A stretch of 64,000 nt of DNA from Candidatus Parcubacteria bacterium (GCA_963806325.1 CAWDXL010000016.1:68043-132042), one strand, 5' to 3'. Positions 9,684 to 20,009 are shown, counted from the first letter of the stretch. Notes: generated from the sequence alone by a model not told the origin. A program made the numbers and translations.

Positions 9684-10202
9684 TTATAGTGACTGAACAC
9701 TTAATATTTTATTAAAAAACTCATATTTTCTTCTCATGTATTCTGCTAATGGCAAACCATCGGATTCATTTTTTAGATTCTCATACTCAGTTCTCAATTT
9801 AGGGTCACTCTGCAGTAATTCAAAGGTTTTTTCTTGCATCTGAAAACCGTCTGAGTTTTTGTCAGTTAAATATAATTCAATTTCAAATTCGTTTTGTACA
9901 AATTCCCATTTGATCAGTATCGGATTTTGTTTGCAAGGTTTTCCAAACATTTTTTCTAGAGTAGGTAAATATAAATGAAAATCATTGGGCTGGCTTAATA
10001 TGTGAATATCGATATCATTCTGGCCAGCTATACGAAGAGCGGCGGCACCCATAAATCTAACAGATAATTCCGGTAGCTTATTATTGATTGCAGCAATGAT
10101 TTGTTCAGCGGTGGTCTTTGTATTGTTATTGAACGGTTTGATGTGTAAAATCTTGTTTGGTGGTATCTTTTGCAGATACTTTTTTTGATCTGGTGTAAGC
10201 AC
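9684..10202 (-). CDS. GrpB-like / nucleotidyltransferase-fold protein
   Basis: The segment RFMGAAALRIAGQNDIDIHIL resembles the GrpB G-S-T..pGl...DID motif. The match is weak. Confidence 0.4.
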   Translation of the reverse strand: MLTPDQKKYLQKIPPNKILHIKPFNNNTKTTAEQIIAAINNKLPELSVRFMGAAALRIAGQNDIDIHILSQPNDFHLYLPTLEKMFGKPCKQNPILIKWEFVQNEFEIELYLTDKNSDGFQMQEKTFELLQSDPKLRTEYENLKNESDGLPLAEYMRRKYEFFNKILSVQSL

Positions 10203-10305
10203 GTAGCAAGTATATCATAGGTATTGTTATTGTTGCTATTTTGTGTTACTTTAGCGCTAGAAAAAAGTACGACTTGCAAGAGGTATTCTAATACCAGAAA
10301 GGAGA

Positions 10306-11988
10306 ATGAGCGTGATAAAAGCGAAACAACTTAATAAGAGTTACGGCTCATTGCATGTACTCTCCAGCGTCTCCTTCTCCCTCGACCGAGGCCAGAAGGT
10401 TGCATTGGTCGGAAACAATGGGACGGGTAAAACAACCTTGTTGAAGATTGTTGCTGGTTTCGAGGAGTCTGATTCAGGTGTTGTCGAACTAGCCAAGAAC
10501 ACCTGCGTCGGATATCTTCCGCAAGACAGCAGTCTTTCGGGAGAAGAAACAGTGTCGGTCTATTTGCGGAGAGTTGTAGGGATCGATGCTCTTGAGCGGG
10601 AGACTGAGGAACTTCTGCCTCATCTGGATGATCCAAAGAAAGCCATTCAGTATGACGATGCTCAGGAAAAATTCGGACGTCTCGATGGGTATGCTTTCGA
10701 TCATCGCATGGAGATCATGTTGTCGGGTTTCGGACTTGAAAGCGTTGGGCTTGAGCACAAGCTTTCGAATCTGAGCAGCGGACAGAAAAGCAAGGTTGTG
10801 CTTGCGGGCATATTGCTCAAAGGTGTTGACCTGCTTCTCCTGGACGAACCGACAAACAACCTCGATTTGCCGGCTCTGATCTGGCTCGAAGATTTTTTGC
10901 AAAAAACCGCGGCGGCATGTATTGTTGTTTCTCATGATCGCAGGTTCCTTGATCGTGTTGCTAGGAAGATTTTCGAGCTTGATCGGAATACCCATACCCT
11001 GTCTATTACGGGAGGATCCTATAGCGACTATTTGGATATGGTCGCGAAAAGGATTGCTCGACAGAGAGAAGCTTACCGTCTCCAGCAAGAAGAAATGGAG
11101 AGGTTGCAACATCAAGCTCGAGAAAAGCGGGCTGATGCGGTTCGGGGGACTCACTGGGTTGGTACCGACAACGATCGCGTCCTTCGGGGTTTCAAACGTG
11201 ATCGTGCAGGCAGATCTTTTCATGTGGCAAAAACCATTGAAAAGAGAATTGAGCAGATGGATCGGGTTGAAAAACCAATAGACAGAGATCCATTCGAGAT
11301 TCCTCTTGAAGCCGAGGTTGTTGCCGGCACTCTCGATGTTCGTCTTATCGATGTGGTGGCGGGGTATCCTAACGGCTTCAAGATCGGACCCGTGTCGATA
11401 GAAATTCGATACGGAGTCAGAGTCGGTGTCATGGGTCTTAATGGCACAGGGAAGTCGACACTGCTCAAAACCGTTACCAAACGGCTGCTGCCTCTAAGCG
11501 GCAAAATCGAGATGGGTTCTGGCATCAGAATTGGAAATATGATGCAAGAACACGAAACTCTTCCTCGTGAATTGACTCTGCTGGAGTTTATGATGAAGAG
11601 GCTTGGTTTAAGCGAGCAGGACTCTTATGCAAAGCTGGCGAGGTTTGGCTTTGATGAGAGACAGGTAAGATTGTCGATTGGTACGTTGAGTCCCGGCGGT
11701 CGCGCCCGTCTTCTGCTTTCTCTTTTTTCGGCTCAATCGGTCAACATGCTTGTATTAGATGAGCCGACGAACCATCTCGATCTCGAAGCTTTGGATGCTC
11801 TGGAGGAAACTCTCAAGACTTACCGGGGCACGGTTCTTCTAGTTTCGCACGATCGGCAGTTTCTTGAAAAATCTTTGCTGGATTATATATATGTACTATC
11901 AGACGGTACTCTTACAAGAGTTCCTGATTATGGTGCGTATGTTGATGCTGCAGAAGAAAAAGCACGGAGGCTTTTGAAGCTGTTGTGA
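10306..11988 (+). CDS. ABC-F family ATPase (two tandem ABC domains, no TMD)
   Basis: Two Walker A motifs (GNNGTGKTT, GLNGTGKST), two signature motifs (LSSGQKSK, LSPGGRAR), and two Walker B motifs (LLLDEPTN, LVLDEPTN). Confidence 0.9.
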   Translation: MSVIKAKQLNKSYGSLHVLSSVSFSLDRGQKVALVGNNGTGKTTLLKIVAGFEESDSGVVELAKNTCVGYLPQDSSLSGEETVSVYLRRVVGIDALERETEELLPHLDDPKKAIQYDDAQEKFGRLDGYAFDHRMEIMLSGFGLESVGLEHKLSNLSSGQKSKVVLAGILLKGVDLLLLDEPTNNLDLPALIWLEDFLQKTAAACIVVSHDRRFLDRVARKIFELDRNTHTLSITGGSYSDYLDMVAKRIARQREAYRLQQEEMERLQHQAREKRADAVRGTHWVGTDNDRVLRGFKRDRAGRSFHVAKTIEKRIEQMDRVEKPIDRDPFEIPLEAEVVAGTLDVRLIDVVAGYPNGFKIGPVSIEIRYGVRVGVMGLNGTGKSTLLKTVTKRLLPLSGKIEMGSGIRIGNMMQEHETLPRELTLLEFMMKRLGLSEQDSYAKLARFGFDERQVRLSIGTLSPGGRARLLLSLFSAQSVNMLVLDEPTNHLDLEALDALEETLKTYRGTVLLVSHDRQFLEKSLLDYIYVLSDGTLTRVPDYGAYVDAAEEKARRLLKLL

Positions 11989-12000
11989 ACAAGAGTACAG

Positions 12001-12040
12001 AACCCGACAAGTGCGATAACTTGTCGGGTTCTTTATTTTA
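12001..12040 (+). terminator. Rho-independent terminator
   Basis: aacccgacaagt-gcgata-acttgtcgggtt followed by ctttatttt. Confidence 0.7.
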
Positions 12041-12090
12041 TAAATATCCCTACCCAATAATTTTTCTATACGGTATATTTGTCTAGTACT

Positions 12091-12573
12091 ATGCGAAAAA
12101 TTCATTTGCGAGATGTTATTCTCGGCGGCCAAGATGGGCTGGTCAATGTGCTTGGTCTTACGCTTGGATTATTTGCGGCTCATGCCTCGGCGCGGGTTAT
12201 TTTGGTTGCTGGTCTTGCTGCTGGTTTTTCAGAAGCAATCTCAATGGGAGGTGTGGCATACACATCGGCGCTGGCTGATAAAGCTCGAGTGCGTTCATCA
12301 ACGAAAAGCCAAATCGTTTTTGAAGCGGCAGTTGTCGGTATCTCTGCAATTGTCGGTGCTTTTATTCCTATTTTTCCTTTCATATTCTTTACTACAGTGT
12401 CCGCTCTTGTTCTTGCTTTTGTTGTAAGTGTTGCTATTCTCTTTGTTATTGGTATTGCCCGCGGACGCACTATGAATGAGGTAAGTCCTATTCATTCCGG
12501 CATTCAAATGGCGGTCATTGGTGTAGTAAGTTCCATTGCCGGTTTTGTTGTTGGGTTGTTGCTTAAAGTGTAA
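12091..12573 (+). CDS. VIT1/CCC1-family iron/manganese transporter domain protein
   Basis: LRDVILGGQDGLVNVLGLTLG and SEAISMGGVAYTS are characteristic VIT family motifs. The ATG at 12091 is used as the start. Confidence 0.78.
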   Translation: MRKIHLRDVILGGQDGLVNVLGLTLGLFAAHASARVILVAGLAAGFSEAISMGGVAYTSALADKARVRSSTKSQIVFEAAVVGISAIVGAFIPIFPFIFFTTVSALVLAFVVSVAILFVIGIARGRTMNEVSPIHSGIQMAVIGVVSSIAGFVVGLLLKV

Positions 12574-12614
12574 TATTCAATTCTTTTTTTATCGAGCTCT
12601 GCCTTTTAAATTAG

Positions 12615-15083
12615 GTGAAAGTATACGATAATGGAGCCATGTCTACCATTATTTCGCATGGATTATCAGAACGGGAAGCAGAGAAAAGATTGCAGCACTA
12701 CGGCCCAAATGAAATCGTACAGCTGCACAAACTTTCCGGGCTTCTTGATTTTATTCTGCGCTTCAAAAATCCTCTGATTCTTATTCTTCTTATTGCCGCG
12801 GGTATTTCGGCTTTTTTTGGTGACTGGACGAGCTCGCTCATTATCATCGCTATTGTTTTTTTGAGTGTGGTGTTGGATTTTGCGAACACATATAAATCGG
12901 AGCGGGCTGCGGAAGCGCTCAAAAACAAAGTAAAAATAAATGTAAATGTTATTCGTGATGGCGTGACAAAAGCAATACCGCTCAGTCAAATCGTTCCCGG
13001 GGATCTTGTCATACTTACCGCAGGAAATATTATTCCGGCTGACGGCGAGGTGCTGCAGGCAAAGGATTTTTTTCTCAACGAATCATCGCTGACCGGTGAA
13101 TCGTTCCCGCTTGAAAAAGTCGTAAGCAACCCTATATATATGGGCAGCAGCGTCATTACCGGATATGGCGAGATGACAGTGACTGCTACAGGCCGATCAA
13201 CGAAATTTGGAAAAATTGCCGAATCGCTGAGCCAGAAAGAACAGCCGACAGATTTTGACCGGGGTATCAAGGATTTCAGCTATCTTATTATGAAGATAAC
13301 ATTCCTCCTTATTATCCTGGTCTTTTTTGTAAATGCTTTTTTGAAGCATAATATTCTTGAATCATTTCTCTTTGCTGCTGCGCTTGCCGTGGGTCTCACG
13401 CCCGAATTGTTGCCAATGATCATTGCGATGAATCTCTCGAAGGGAGCGATTGCCATGTCGAAGCATGGTGTCATTGTTAAAAAACTTTCCTCCATTCAAA
13501 ATTTCGGCAGCATGGATACGCTCTGTACTGATAAGACCGGTACGCTCACTGAAGATCATATCGTACTTATCAAATGTGTTGACGAGATGGGAAATGAACA
13601 AGATGATATTTTTCACTATTCATATCTCACGAGTACCTACCACACGGGTTTTGAAAATCCGCTTGATACCGCAATTAAGGATTTTAAGAAAGTAGATATA
13701 TCTGATTACAAAAAAATTGATGAAATTCCGTTTGATTTTGAGCGTCGCCGTTCGTCGGTAGTTGTCGAAAACAAAGGGGAGCGGATGCTTATTACGAAAG
13801 GTGCCCCGGAGGCAGTCCTTGCAATCAGTAGATTTACCGGAGTAAAAAATGAGGATCATGAGCCCACGCTGCGCCGCGCACGGCAAGAATATCAGAAACT
13901 GAGCAGGGAAGGGTTTAGGGTGCTCGGGATTAGTATAAAGAAAATTTCTGACATCAAAGATGTATATTCCCGCGACGAAGAAAAGGAAATGTCATTTGTT
14001 GGATTTATTGCATTTCTCGATCCTGCTAAGAAGAGTGTTACGGAGACGCTGAAGAATTTAATGGAGCACGGCATTAAGATAAAAATTCTTACCGGTGATT
14101 CCGAACTTGTCAGTCAGAAAATTTCCGATGATATACAGCTTGAGCTTGAAGGAACACTTCTTGGCAGCGATATTGATAAACTGACCGATCGCGCTTTGCA
14201 GATCAAAGTTGAGAAGACAACGCTTTTTGCCAGGCTTGCGCCCGAGCAGAAGGTGCGGGTGATTACCGCCCTTCGGAAAAATGGCCATGTGGTGGGCTAT
14301 TTAGGTGATGGTATCAACGATGCTCCATCGCTGCGGGCGGCTGATGTCGGGGTGTCTGTTAATAATGCGGTGGATGTCGCCAAAGATTCCGCAGACATTA
14401 TTCTTTTAAAAAAGAGCCTTGCCGATCTTATCCGTGGGGTAGCCGAGGGAAGAAAAATATTTAGCAATACTCTTAAATACCTGATGATGGCTTTGAGTTC
14501 CAATTTCGGCAACATGTTTTCAATGGCTGGCGCATCGCTCCTCTTGCCATTTTTGCCGATGCTGCCTGTTCAGATTTTGCTCAACAATCTCCTCTACGAC
14601 GCTTCGCAATTTACCATTCCTCTCGATAATGTTGATGCTGGAGATATTCTGAAGCCGCGCAAGCTGAATATAGAATTCATAAAAAGGTTCATGATCATAT
14701 TTGGATTTTTGAGCTCTGTATTTGATTTCATTACCTTTGGTCTGCTGTTTGTCTTTTTCCATTTTGCAGCAAGTTCGTTTCAAACCGGCTGGTTTGTAGA
14801 ATCGCTTATCACTCAGACACTCGTTATCTATATTATTCGTACCAGAAAAAATCCATTTATTCAAAGCCGCCCGAGCAAGCCGGTGGTGGCAAGCACGCTT
14901 CTTATGGTTGCTCTCGGTATCTTCCTCGCGCTCGGGCCTCTTGCAGGACTATTTAAATTTGGTCCGATTACGCTTGTGGCGCTTGGAGCTATTGTTGTAA
15001 CTACATTTGTCTACCTGCTTCTCACGGAAATTACCAAGAGATGGTTTTATAGAAGATTTACGCTGTCGCTTAACGAATACTAA
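12615..15083 (+). CDS. mgtA: Magnesium-translocating P-type ATPase
   Basis: DKTGTLT phosphorylation site, TGD, GDGINDAPSL, and the MgtA-typical IPFDFERRRSSVVV. The start may instead be the ATG at 12639. Confidence 0.9.
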   Translation: MKVYDNGAMSTIISHGLSEREAEKRLQHYGPNEIVQLHKLSGLLDFILRFKNPLILILLIAAGISAFFGDWTSSLIIIAIVFLSVVLDFANTYKSERAAEALKNKVKINVNVIRDGVTKAIPLSQIVPGDLVILTAGNIIPADGEVLQAKDFFLNESSLTGESFPLEKVVSNPIYMGSSVITGYGEMTVTATGRSTKFGKIAESLSQKEQPTDFDRGIKDFSYLIMKITFLLIILVFFVNAFLKHNILESFLFAAALAVGLTPELLPMIIAMNLSKGAIAMSKHGVIVKKLSSIQNFGSMDTLCTDKTGTLTEDHIVLIKCVDEMGNEQDDIFHYSYLTSTYHTGFENPLDTAIKDFKKVDISDYKKIDEIPFDFERRRSSVVVENKGERMLITKGAPEAVLAISRFTGVKNEDHEPTLRRARQEYQKLSREGFRVLGISIKKISDIKDVYSRDEEKEMSFVGFIAFLDPAKKSVTETLKNLMEHGIKIKILTGDSELVSQKISDDIQLELEGTLLGSDIDKLTDRALQIKVEKTTLFARLAPEQKVRVITALRKNGHVVGYLGDGINDAPSLRAADVGVSVNNAVDVAKDSADIILLKKSLADLIRGVAEGRKIFSNTLKYLMMALSSNFGNMFSMAGASLLLPFLPMLPVQILLNNLLYDASQFTIPLDNVDAGDILKPRKLNIEFIKRFMIIFGFLSSVFDFITFGLLFVFFHFAASSFQTGWFVESLITQTLVIYIIRTRKNPFIQSRPSKPVVASTLLMVALGIFLALGPLAGLFKFGPITLVALGAIVVTTFVYLLLTEITKRWFYRRFTLSLNEY

Positions 15084-15148
15084 AAATATTAAAGGATATA
15101 ACCTCGGTTTTATTGCAAAAGTAGGCCTGTTTTTGTAGAGTTGTGAGT

Positions 15149-15748
15149 ATGAAAGAAAAGAAGATCGAAAATATCGACAAGAAAGCAATCTCTCATTTTT
15201 TGTATGAAATAGGAACACTGCGAAAAGTGGCCCGCGCCCATCGCCAAATGCTCCTTGAAGACGATCTTTCCGATAATATCGCTTCACATTCTTATCGTGT
15301 GACTATTATCGGCTGGCTTTTGGCGAAGATGGAGAAAGCTGATCCATATAAAGTCGTCATGATGTGTCTTTTGCATGATACGGCCGAAGCTCGGAGCAAT
15401 GATCACAATTGGGTGCATAAAAGGTATGTAAAAATATTTGAAGATGAAATTATCGAAGACCAGCTTAAATCCTTGCCTGGCAGTGAGGAATTAAACGGTT
15501 TTGCAAAGGAATATGGAATGCGAGAAAGCGTAGAAGCAAAGATTGCCAAAGATGCCGATCTGATCGACCAAATCCTTTTGTTGAAAGAATATGAGCATAA
15601 AGGGAATAAAGAAGCAGGGAAGTGGCTTATTGGCAAAAAAGACGGGAAGAGAATGTTTACGCAAAGCGCTCGGGATTTGGTAAAAGAAATTTGCAGGCAG
15701 GAGCCTGGCGATTGGTGGCGGAATATCTGGACAGATAAAAATAGGTAA
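15149..15748 (+). CDS. HD-domain phosphohydrolase (YfbR-like)
   Basis: H...HD signature: HSYRVT ... LLHDTAEARSNDHN. Confidence 0.8.
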   Translation: MKEKKIENIDKKAISHFLYEIGTLRKVARAHRQMLLEDDLSDNIASHSYRVTIIGWLLAKMEKADPYKVVMMCLLHDTAEARSNDHNWVHKRYVKIFEDEIIEDQLKSLPGSEELNGFAKEYGMRESVEAKIAKDADLIDQILLLKEYEHKGNKEAGKWLIGKKDGKRMFTQSARDLVKEICRQEPGDWWRNIWTDKNR

Positions 15749-15870
15749 TTAACTATAGCAGTAATCTCCTTTTAAAAATGGAATTTGAGTGCAAAAAGCC
15801 TCAGCTATAGCGCGAAAGTTATATTCTGGTACTATTAGCCTATACAGTCTTAATAATTAATAAGAAAAAT

Positions 15871-16128
15871 ATGGAAAAGAAGGCAAACTCTGCGTTTATG
15901 AAGCCGATGAATGTTAGTCCGGAACTTGCCGCTGTGGTTGGCAAAGGACCAATGCCGCGATCTGAAGTTGTGAAAGCATTGTGGGTATACATCAAGAAGA
16001 ATAATCTTCAGGATCCAAGCAATAAGCGCAATATCAATGCCGATGATGTTCTCAAGAAAGTGTTTGACGGCAAATCAGTGGTAAACATGTTTGAAATGAC
16101 CAAGCTCGTTTCAAAACATCTTTCATAA
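15871..16128 (+). CDS. SWIB/MDM2 domain protein
   Basis: The 85-aa sequence MPRSEVVKALWVYIKKNNLQDPSNKRNINADDVLKKVF matches the SWIB consensus. Confidence 0.85.
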   Translation: MEKKANSAFMKPMNVSPELAAVVGKGPMPRSEVVKALWVYIKKNNLQDPSNKRNINADDVLKKVFDGKSVVNMFEMTKLVSKHLS

Positions 16129-16147
16129 TTACAGACCGAAAAGAAAA

Positions 16148-16194
16148 TTAAAAACAGTCTGATTTTAAACTAAAATCAGACTGTTTTTAATTTT
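16148..16194 (+). terminator. Rho-independent terminator
   Basis: aaaaacagtctgatttta / taaaatcagactgttttt is a perfect long inverted repeat followed by a T-run. Confidence 0.7.
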
Positions 16195-16226
16195 CTGAGA
16201 CATTGGCTGTATGGTATAGTAATCGC

Positions 16227-16637
16227 ATGAGATTTATGGGTATCGATTATGGTTCAAAGAGGATAGGTGTTGCCATTTCTGATGAAAATAACACTTTTGC
16301 ACTGCCAAAAAAAGTCATTGTTCATACACGACATGAGCCTGCGCACAAAATTGTGGATGAGTTGAACGAGATAAAATGCGACAACAGCATCACTCATATT
16401 ATTATCGGCGAATCAAAGAATTTTAAAGGCGAAGATAATTCAATCATGCCAGAGCTCCGTGCATTTAAAGAAACGCTTGAAAATGGTTTGGCGGTGCCGG
16501 TACTATTTGAACCTGAATTTCTTACATCGCATCAGGCAGCATCTATTCAGGGCGACCATGCACTGCTCGATGCTTCGGCTGCGGCGCTTATCCTGCAGAG
16601 TTATTTGGATAGGGTGAATGCCGCGGACAATAAATAA
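16227..16637 (+). CDS. ruvX: Holliday junction resolvase-like RuvX/YqgF
   Basis: MRFMGIDYGSKRIGVAISD is the YqgF N-terminal motif. An extended -10 box (TGgTATAGT) lies 6 nt upstream of the ATG. Confidence 0.88.
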   Translation: MRFMGIDYGSKRIGVAISDENNTFALPKKVIVHTRHEPAHKIVDELNEIKCDNSITHIIIGESKNFKGEDNSIMPELRAFKETLENGLAVPVLFEPEFLTSHQAASIQGDHALLDASAAALILQSYLDRVNAADNK

Positions 16638-16643
16638 TATTTT

Positions 16644-17030
16644 ATGAATACAATCACTATAGATGATTTTCAAAAAGTAGAAATAACCATAGGCAAAATA
16701 CTTTCTGCCGAAAAAATTCCAGACACTGATAAGCTTCTAAAACTTTCGGTTAGCTTTGGTATAAAAAAAGAAGGGGTAGAGGAGGGAATGGAAACGCAAT
16801 TTGAAATTAGACAAATCATTTCCGGCATCGCTTTATATTTCCCCGACGCGCAGGCGCTCGTTGGTACAAAATGTGCTTTTGTTACAAATCTTGCACCGAG
16901 AATAATTAAAGGCTTTGAAAGCCAGGGTATGATCTTGGCTGTTTCAACGCCCGCTACGGATGTATCAGCCGGTGCACTATCTCTTTTTAAGGTTGGGGAA
17001 GATATCCCCGAAGGAACGCGCGCGAGATAG
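16644..17030 (+). CDS. tRNA-binding domain protein (CsaA/EMAP-II-like)
   Basis: FQKVEITIGKILSAEKIPDTDKLLKLSV ... QGMILA is an OB-fold tRNA_bind pattern. Confidence 0.85.
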   Translation: MNTITIDDFQKVEITIGKILSAEKIPDTDKLLKLSVSFGIKKEGVEEGMETQFEIRQIISGIALYFPDAQALVGTKCAFVTNLAPRIIKGFESQGMILAVSTPATDVSAGALSLFKVGEDIPEGTRAR

Positions 17031-17069
17031 ATACTCGCAATCGGAGGTGTAGTATACTATAAGCATATT

Positions 17070-18149
17070 ATGTCTTCTTTGTTACGACGCAGTTTTATAA
17101 TGAGAGCTATACCGCCGCCGCTTTTTCTTGCGATGCCCGCAGTAGCGCTTGATGTATCCGATAAAGCTATCCGTTTTCTCGAGCTTACATCTGCTGCAAC
17201 AGGCTATCAGGTTGGAATGTTTGGTGAAGTAAAAATTCCTCCGGATGTTATTGAGGATGGGTTCATAAAAAATACTGACAAGCTTACGGCAATTCTTGAA
17301 AATCTGCGGAAGGAACATAAGCTGTCATTTGTAAACGTGTCGCTGCCTGGCGAAAAAGCATATCTTTTCCGCACCACGATTCCTCATATGGAACGGGAGG
17401 AAATACGAAGTGCATTGCAGTTTAAGATAGAAGAAAATGTGCCGATTGCCCTCGCCGATGCCGTTTTTGATTATGAAGTTGCCGATTCTGAAGATCCTTC
17501 TTCGCTTACGATTGATGCGAGCGTTACCGTCATTCATACGAAAGTCATTTCGAGCTATCTTAATGCATTTACCTCTGCCGGTCTGACGCCTCGTGAATTT
17601 AAAACAGAAGTTCAGGCTATTGCGCACGCAGTTATTGCACCACATGATAGCGGCAGCTATATAATTGTTGCGGTGCGCGAAACAAAAATTGTGCTTGTTA
17701 TTGTTTCGCGCGGTTCCGTTTATTTCAGCTCAACGCTTTCTGCAGGAGCACAATCAATTACTGACTCAATCAAGAAGCAGTTTGCCGTGGGTGATGAAGA
17801 AGCAAAAAAAATTGGGGCAGGCAAGGAAGTTCGTGATCGCAACGAATTATTCATGTCTCTTGTAAATGCCGCTTCAATCCTCCGCGATGAAGTGCAAAAA
17901 TTGTTTGCCTACTGGGATGATCATCCGGAGATCAGCAGGGGAGAAAAGATCAAGCGTATTATTCTCACCGGCTCTGCCTCGCTCTCAGGGCTCGACAATT
18001 ACTTGGCCGGAGCCTTCCCTGTGGAGGTAAAGATTGCCGATGCCTGGGAAAATGTGCTTGCACTCAATGCATATATTCCCCCGATTACCCGAGAAGAATC
18101 GCTCGACTATATTCCAGCAATCGGCCTCGCGCTGCCATATGATTTATAA
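17070..18149 (+). CDS. pilM: Type IV pilus assembly protein PilM
   Basis: 359 aa with an actin-like ATPase fold pattern (VALDVSDKAIRFLEL...). It is followed by PilN/PilO-like genes. Confidence 0.8.
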   Translation: MSSLLRRSFIMRAIPPPLFLAMPAVALDVSDKAIRFLELTSAATGYQVGMFGEVKIPPDVIEDGFIKNTDKLTAILENLRKEHKLSFVNVSLPGEKAYLFRTTIPHMEREEIRSALQFKIEENVPIALADAVFDYEVADSEDPSSLTIDASVTVIHTKVISSYLNAFTSAGLTPREFKTEVQAIAHAVIAPHDSGSYIIVAVRETKIVLVIVSRGSVYFSSTLSAGAQSITDSIKKQFAVGDEEAKKIGAGKEVRDRNELFMSLVNAASILRDEVQKLFAYWDDHPEISRGEKIKRIILTGSASLSGLDNYLAGAFPVEVKIADAWENVLALNAYIPPITREESLDYIPAIGLALPYDL

Positions 18150-18174
18150 TAATATCAGCCGTGATTAATTTTTT

Positions 18175-18705
18175 ATGATAAATCTTCTCCCTCAAGAACA
18201 GCAAAAAGTGCTTCAAAAAGAATATCATTTTCGGCGTGCTGCCGTTGCTATGTATTTTGTGAACGCCATACTCCTCATTGCGGTGATCCTTCTGATTCCA
18301 TCGTATGTTCTTGTGACATACCGCGCCGAAGCCACCATTCCCATCCAAAATTCAAATGAACAGGCAAAACGCACTGCACTTGCTACAGAGGTGGCGAATG
18401 ACAATATTATCCTCACCGCCCTTACACCGCCAGCGGCTTCAATTCCTCCAAGTTCCAGCATCTTCCTTATTATGGGCGATGTACCGGCTGGCGATAGTGT
18501 GACCTCGATTGATTACGAGCCTGGCTCAGCAGCGCCTTTTAGCATTACTGTCGGAGGTATTGCGGCGAGCAGGGAAAGTCTTCTTTCTTTTGTCGAAGCT
18601 TTGCGGCGGGAACCTACTATCGACTCTGTTAATTTGCCCATATCAAATTTTGCCAGTGATGCGGATATTCATTTTTCATTCATTGTAACCGGAAAAAATA
18701 TATGA
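18175..18705 (+). CDS. pilN: PilN-like fimbrial assembly protein
   Basis: The N-terminal MINLLPQEQQK followed by a single TM helix is typical of PilN. It overlaps the next gene by 4 nt. Confidence 0.7.
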   Translation: MINLLPQEQQKVLQKEYHFRRAAVAMYFVNAILLIAVILLIPSYVLVTYRAEATIPIQNSNEQAKRTALATEVANDNIILTALTPPAASIPPSSSIFLIMGDVPAGDSVTSIDYEPGSAAPFSITVGGIAASRESLLSFVEALRREPTIDSVNLPISNFASDADIHFSFIVTGKNI

Positions 18706-19262
18706 CAAGCCAGAAAAGCCGCACCTTATTTATTATACTCAGCATCGTCGCCTTTATTATTATCTGTGCCTATGTTTTTATTATTTTAAATATCCGTGCC
18801 AAAGTAGGGGATCTCTCAGTGTTGGAAGCGCAAACACAGGAAGAGCAAACATATGCGCGCGACAATCACACGCTTGAAAATCTTCTTATTGATACCAAGC
18901 CGGACATCGATAATCTTTCGGCGCACTTTGTGTCGTCTGACGGTACTGTACCGTTTATCGAATCGGTAGAAGCTCTTGCTACATCAAAGAAATTAACAAG
19001 TGCGGTCAGCTCAATTTCTGCGACAGATGCGCCGACTGACGGATTCTCGCTCATGAATGTCGTGCTTACCACCTCGGGTTCATGGTCCTCAACCTATGCT
19101 TTTCTGAAAGCGCTGGAAAGTATGCCGTATGAAATAAGTATTGCGAGCGCCGTGTTTAATCAGTCGGGCGGACAAATTCAGGCCGGCCTCGCAAAAGTGC
19201 CGGCTGCCGATCCGCACGGTTGGGATGCCACGTTCACCTTTAGTGTGCTGCAGAAAAAATAG
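18702..19262 (+). CDS. pilO: PilO-like pilus assembly protein
   Basis: The call rests on gene order, an N-terminal TM helix and a coiled segment. It is based on position and architecture only. Confidence 0.5.
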   Translation: MTSQKSRTLFIILSIVAFIIICAYVFIILNIRAKVGDLSVLEAQTQEEQTYARDNHTLENLLIDTKPDIDNLSAHFVSSDGTVPFIESVEALATSKKLTSAVSSISATDAPTDGFSLMNVVLTTSGSWSSTYAFLKALESMPYEISIASAVFNQSGGQIQAGLAKVPAADPHGWDATFTFSVLQKK

Positions 19263-19267
19263 CCATC

Positions 19268-19618
19268 ATGAAAAAAAATAATCTCAGTGATAGTATAAAA
19301 AAAATCAAGCGTCTGTTTACCAAAAAGGCCGACAGAAGCTATTGTCAAAATGCCGAGCATGATTGGCTTGTTATTCTCATGTGCTCCTGCGTTATGTGTG
19401 TCGGCGTGCTTGCGGTCGATGGTTATATTTTTTACAAGCTCAACCGGGGAGAATTATTTAATTCAGCGCCCATTCTTGCGCTTAAGGTGCCGGCGCTCAA
19501 TCGGCCACTCTTAGAGCAGGAAATAAATTTTTACCAGCAGAACCCCAGCACAGCAATGTTGCCGTCAGCAGAGCAAACTACTGCCACGACTACTGCAGCG
19601 ACATCAACAGCGAATTGA
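19268..19618 (+). CDS. Hypothetical membrane protein (last gene of the pil operon)
   Basis: 116 aa with one TM helix, lying 5 nt after the pilO-like gene. Confidence 0.4.
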   Translation: MKKNNLSDSIKKIKRLFTKKADRSYCQNAEHDWLVILMCSCVMCVGVLAVDGYIFYKLNRGELFNSAPILALKVPALNRPLLEQEINFYQQNPSTAMLPSAEQTTATTTAATSTAN

Positions 19619-19652
19619 CCCAGTGTGCTAAGACTGCTATAGTCTTTTAACC

Positions 19653-19724
19653 GCCCCCGTAGTTCAATGGATAGAACAGCGGACTTCTAAGCCGTTGATG
19701 TAGGTTCGATTCCTACCAGGGGCA
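19653..19724 (+). tRNA. tRNA-Arg (anticodon TCT)
   Basis: Acceptor GCCCCCG/CAGGGGC with one mismatch, anticodon loop CTTCTAA, and T-arm GTAGG-TTCGATT-CCTAC. Confidence 0.85.
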
Positions 19725-19778
19725 CACGGAGGGAGTGAGGAAGAGGTGGTTAGTAGATTTATATAGAAGAAATAATTT

Positions 19779-19851
19779 GCGCGATTAGCTCAGTTGGTAG
19801 AGCAGTCCGTTTACACCGGAAAGGTCGGGGGTTCAAGTCCCTCATCGCGCA
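19779..19851 (+). tRNA. tRNA-Val (anticodon TAC)
   Basis: Acceptor GCGCGAT/ATCGCGC, D-arm GCTC-AGTTGGTA-GAGC, anticodon loop TTTACAC, and T-arm GGGGG-TTCAAGT-CCCTC. Confidence 0.9.
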
Positions 19852-20009
19852 CAGAAGTCGAAGAATGTTACTGAAAAGTGGCTTTTTTCGTGCCTCAAAT
19901 ATGGCACTAGGAAGCTCCTAAAGGAGCTTCCGTGGGACTTGAAAGCCGGAAGGAGCGAAGGCGACTGAGGCGGGGTCGCAGAAATTTTCAGCAGAAAATT
20001 ATCTGTGAC

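Noticed and set aside
10489-11223. 244-aa antisense ORF inside the ABC-F gene, and similar antisense ORFs inside mgtA, the ABC exporters and the purM-like gene
   Set aside because: They lie opposite strongly supported genes in GC-richer DNA, carry no motifs, and have low-complexity or odd composition. They are spurious.
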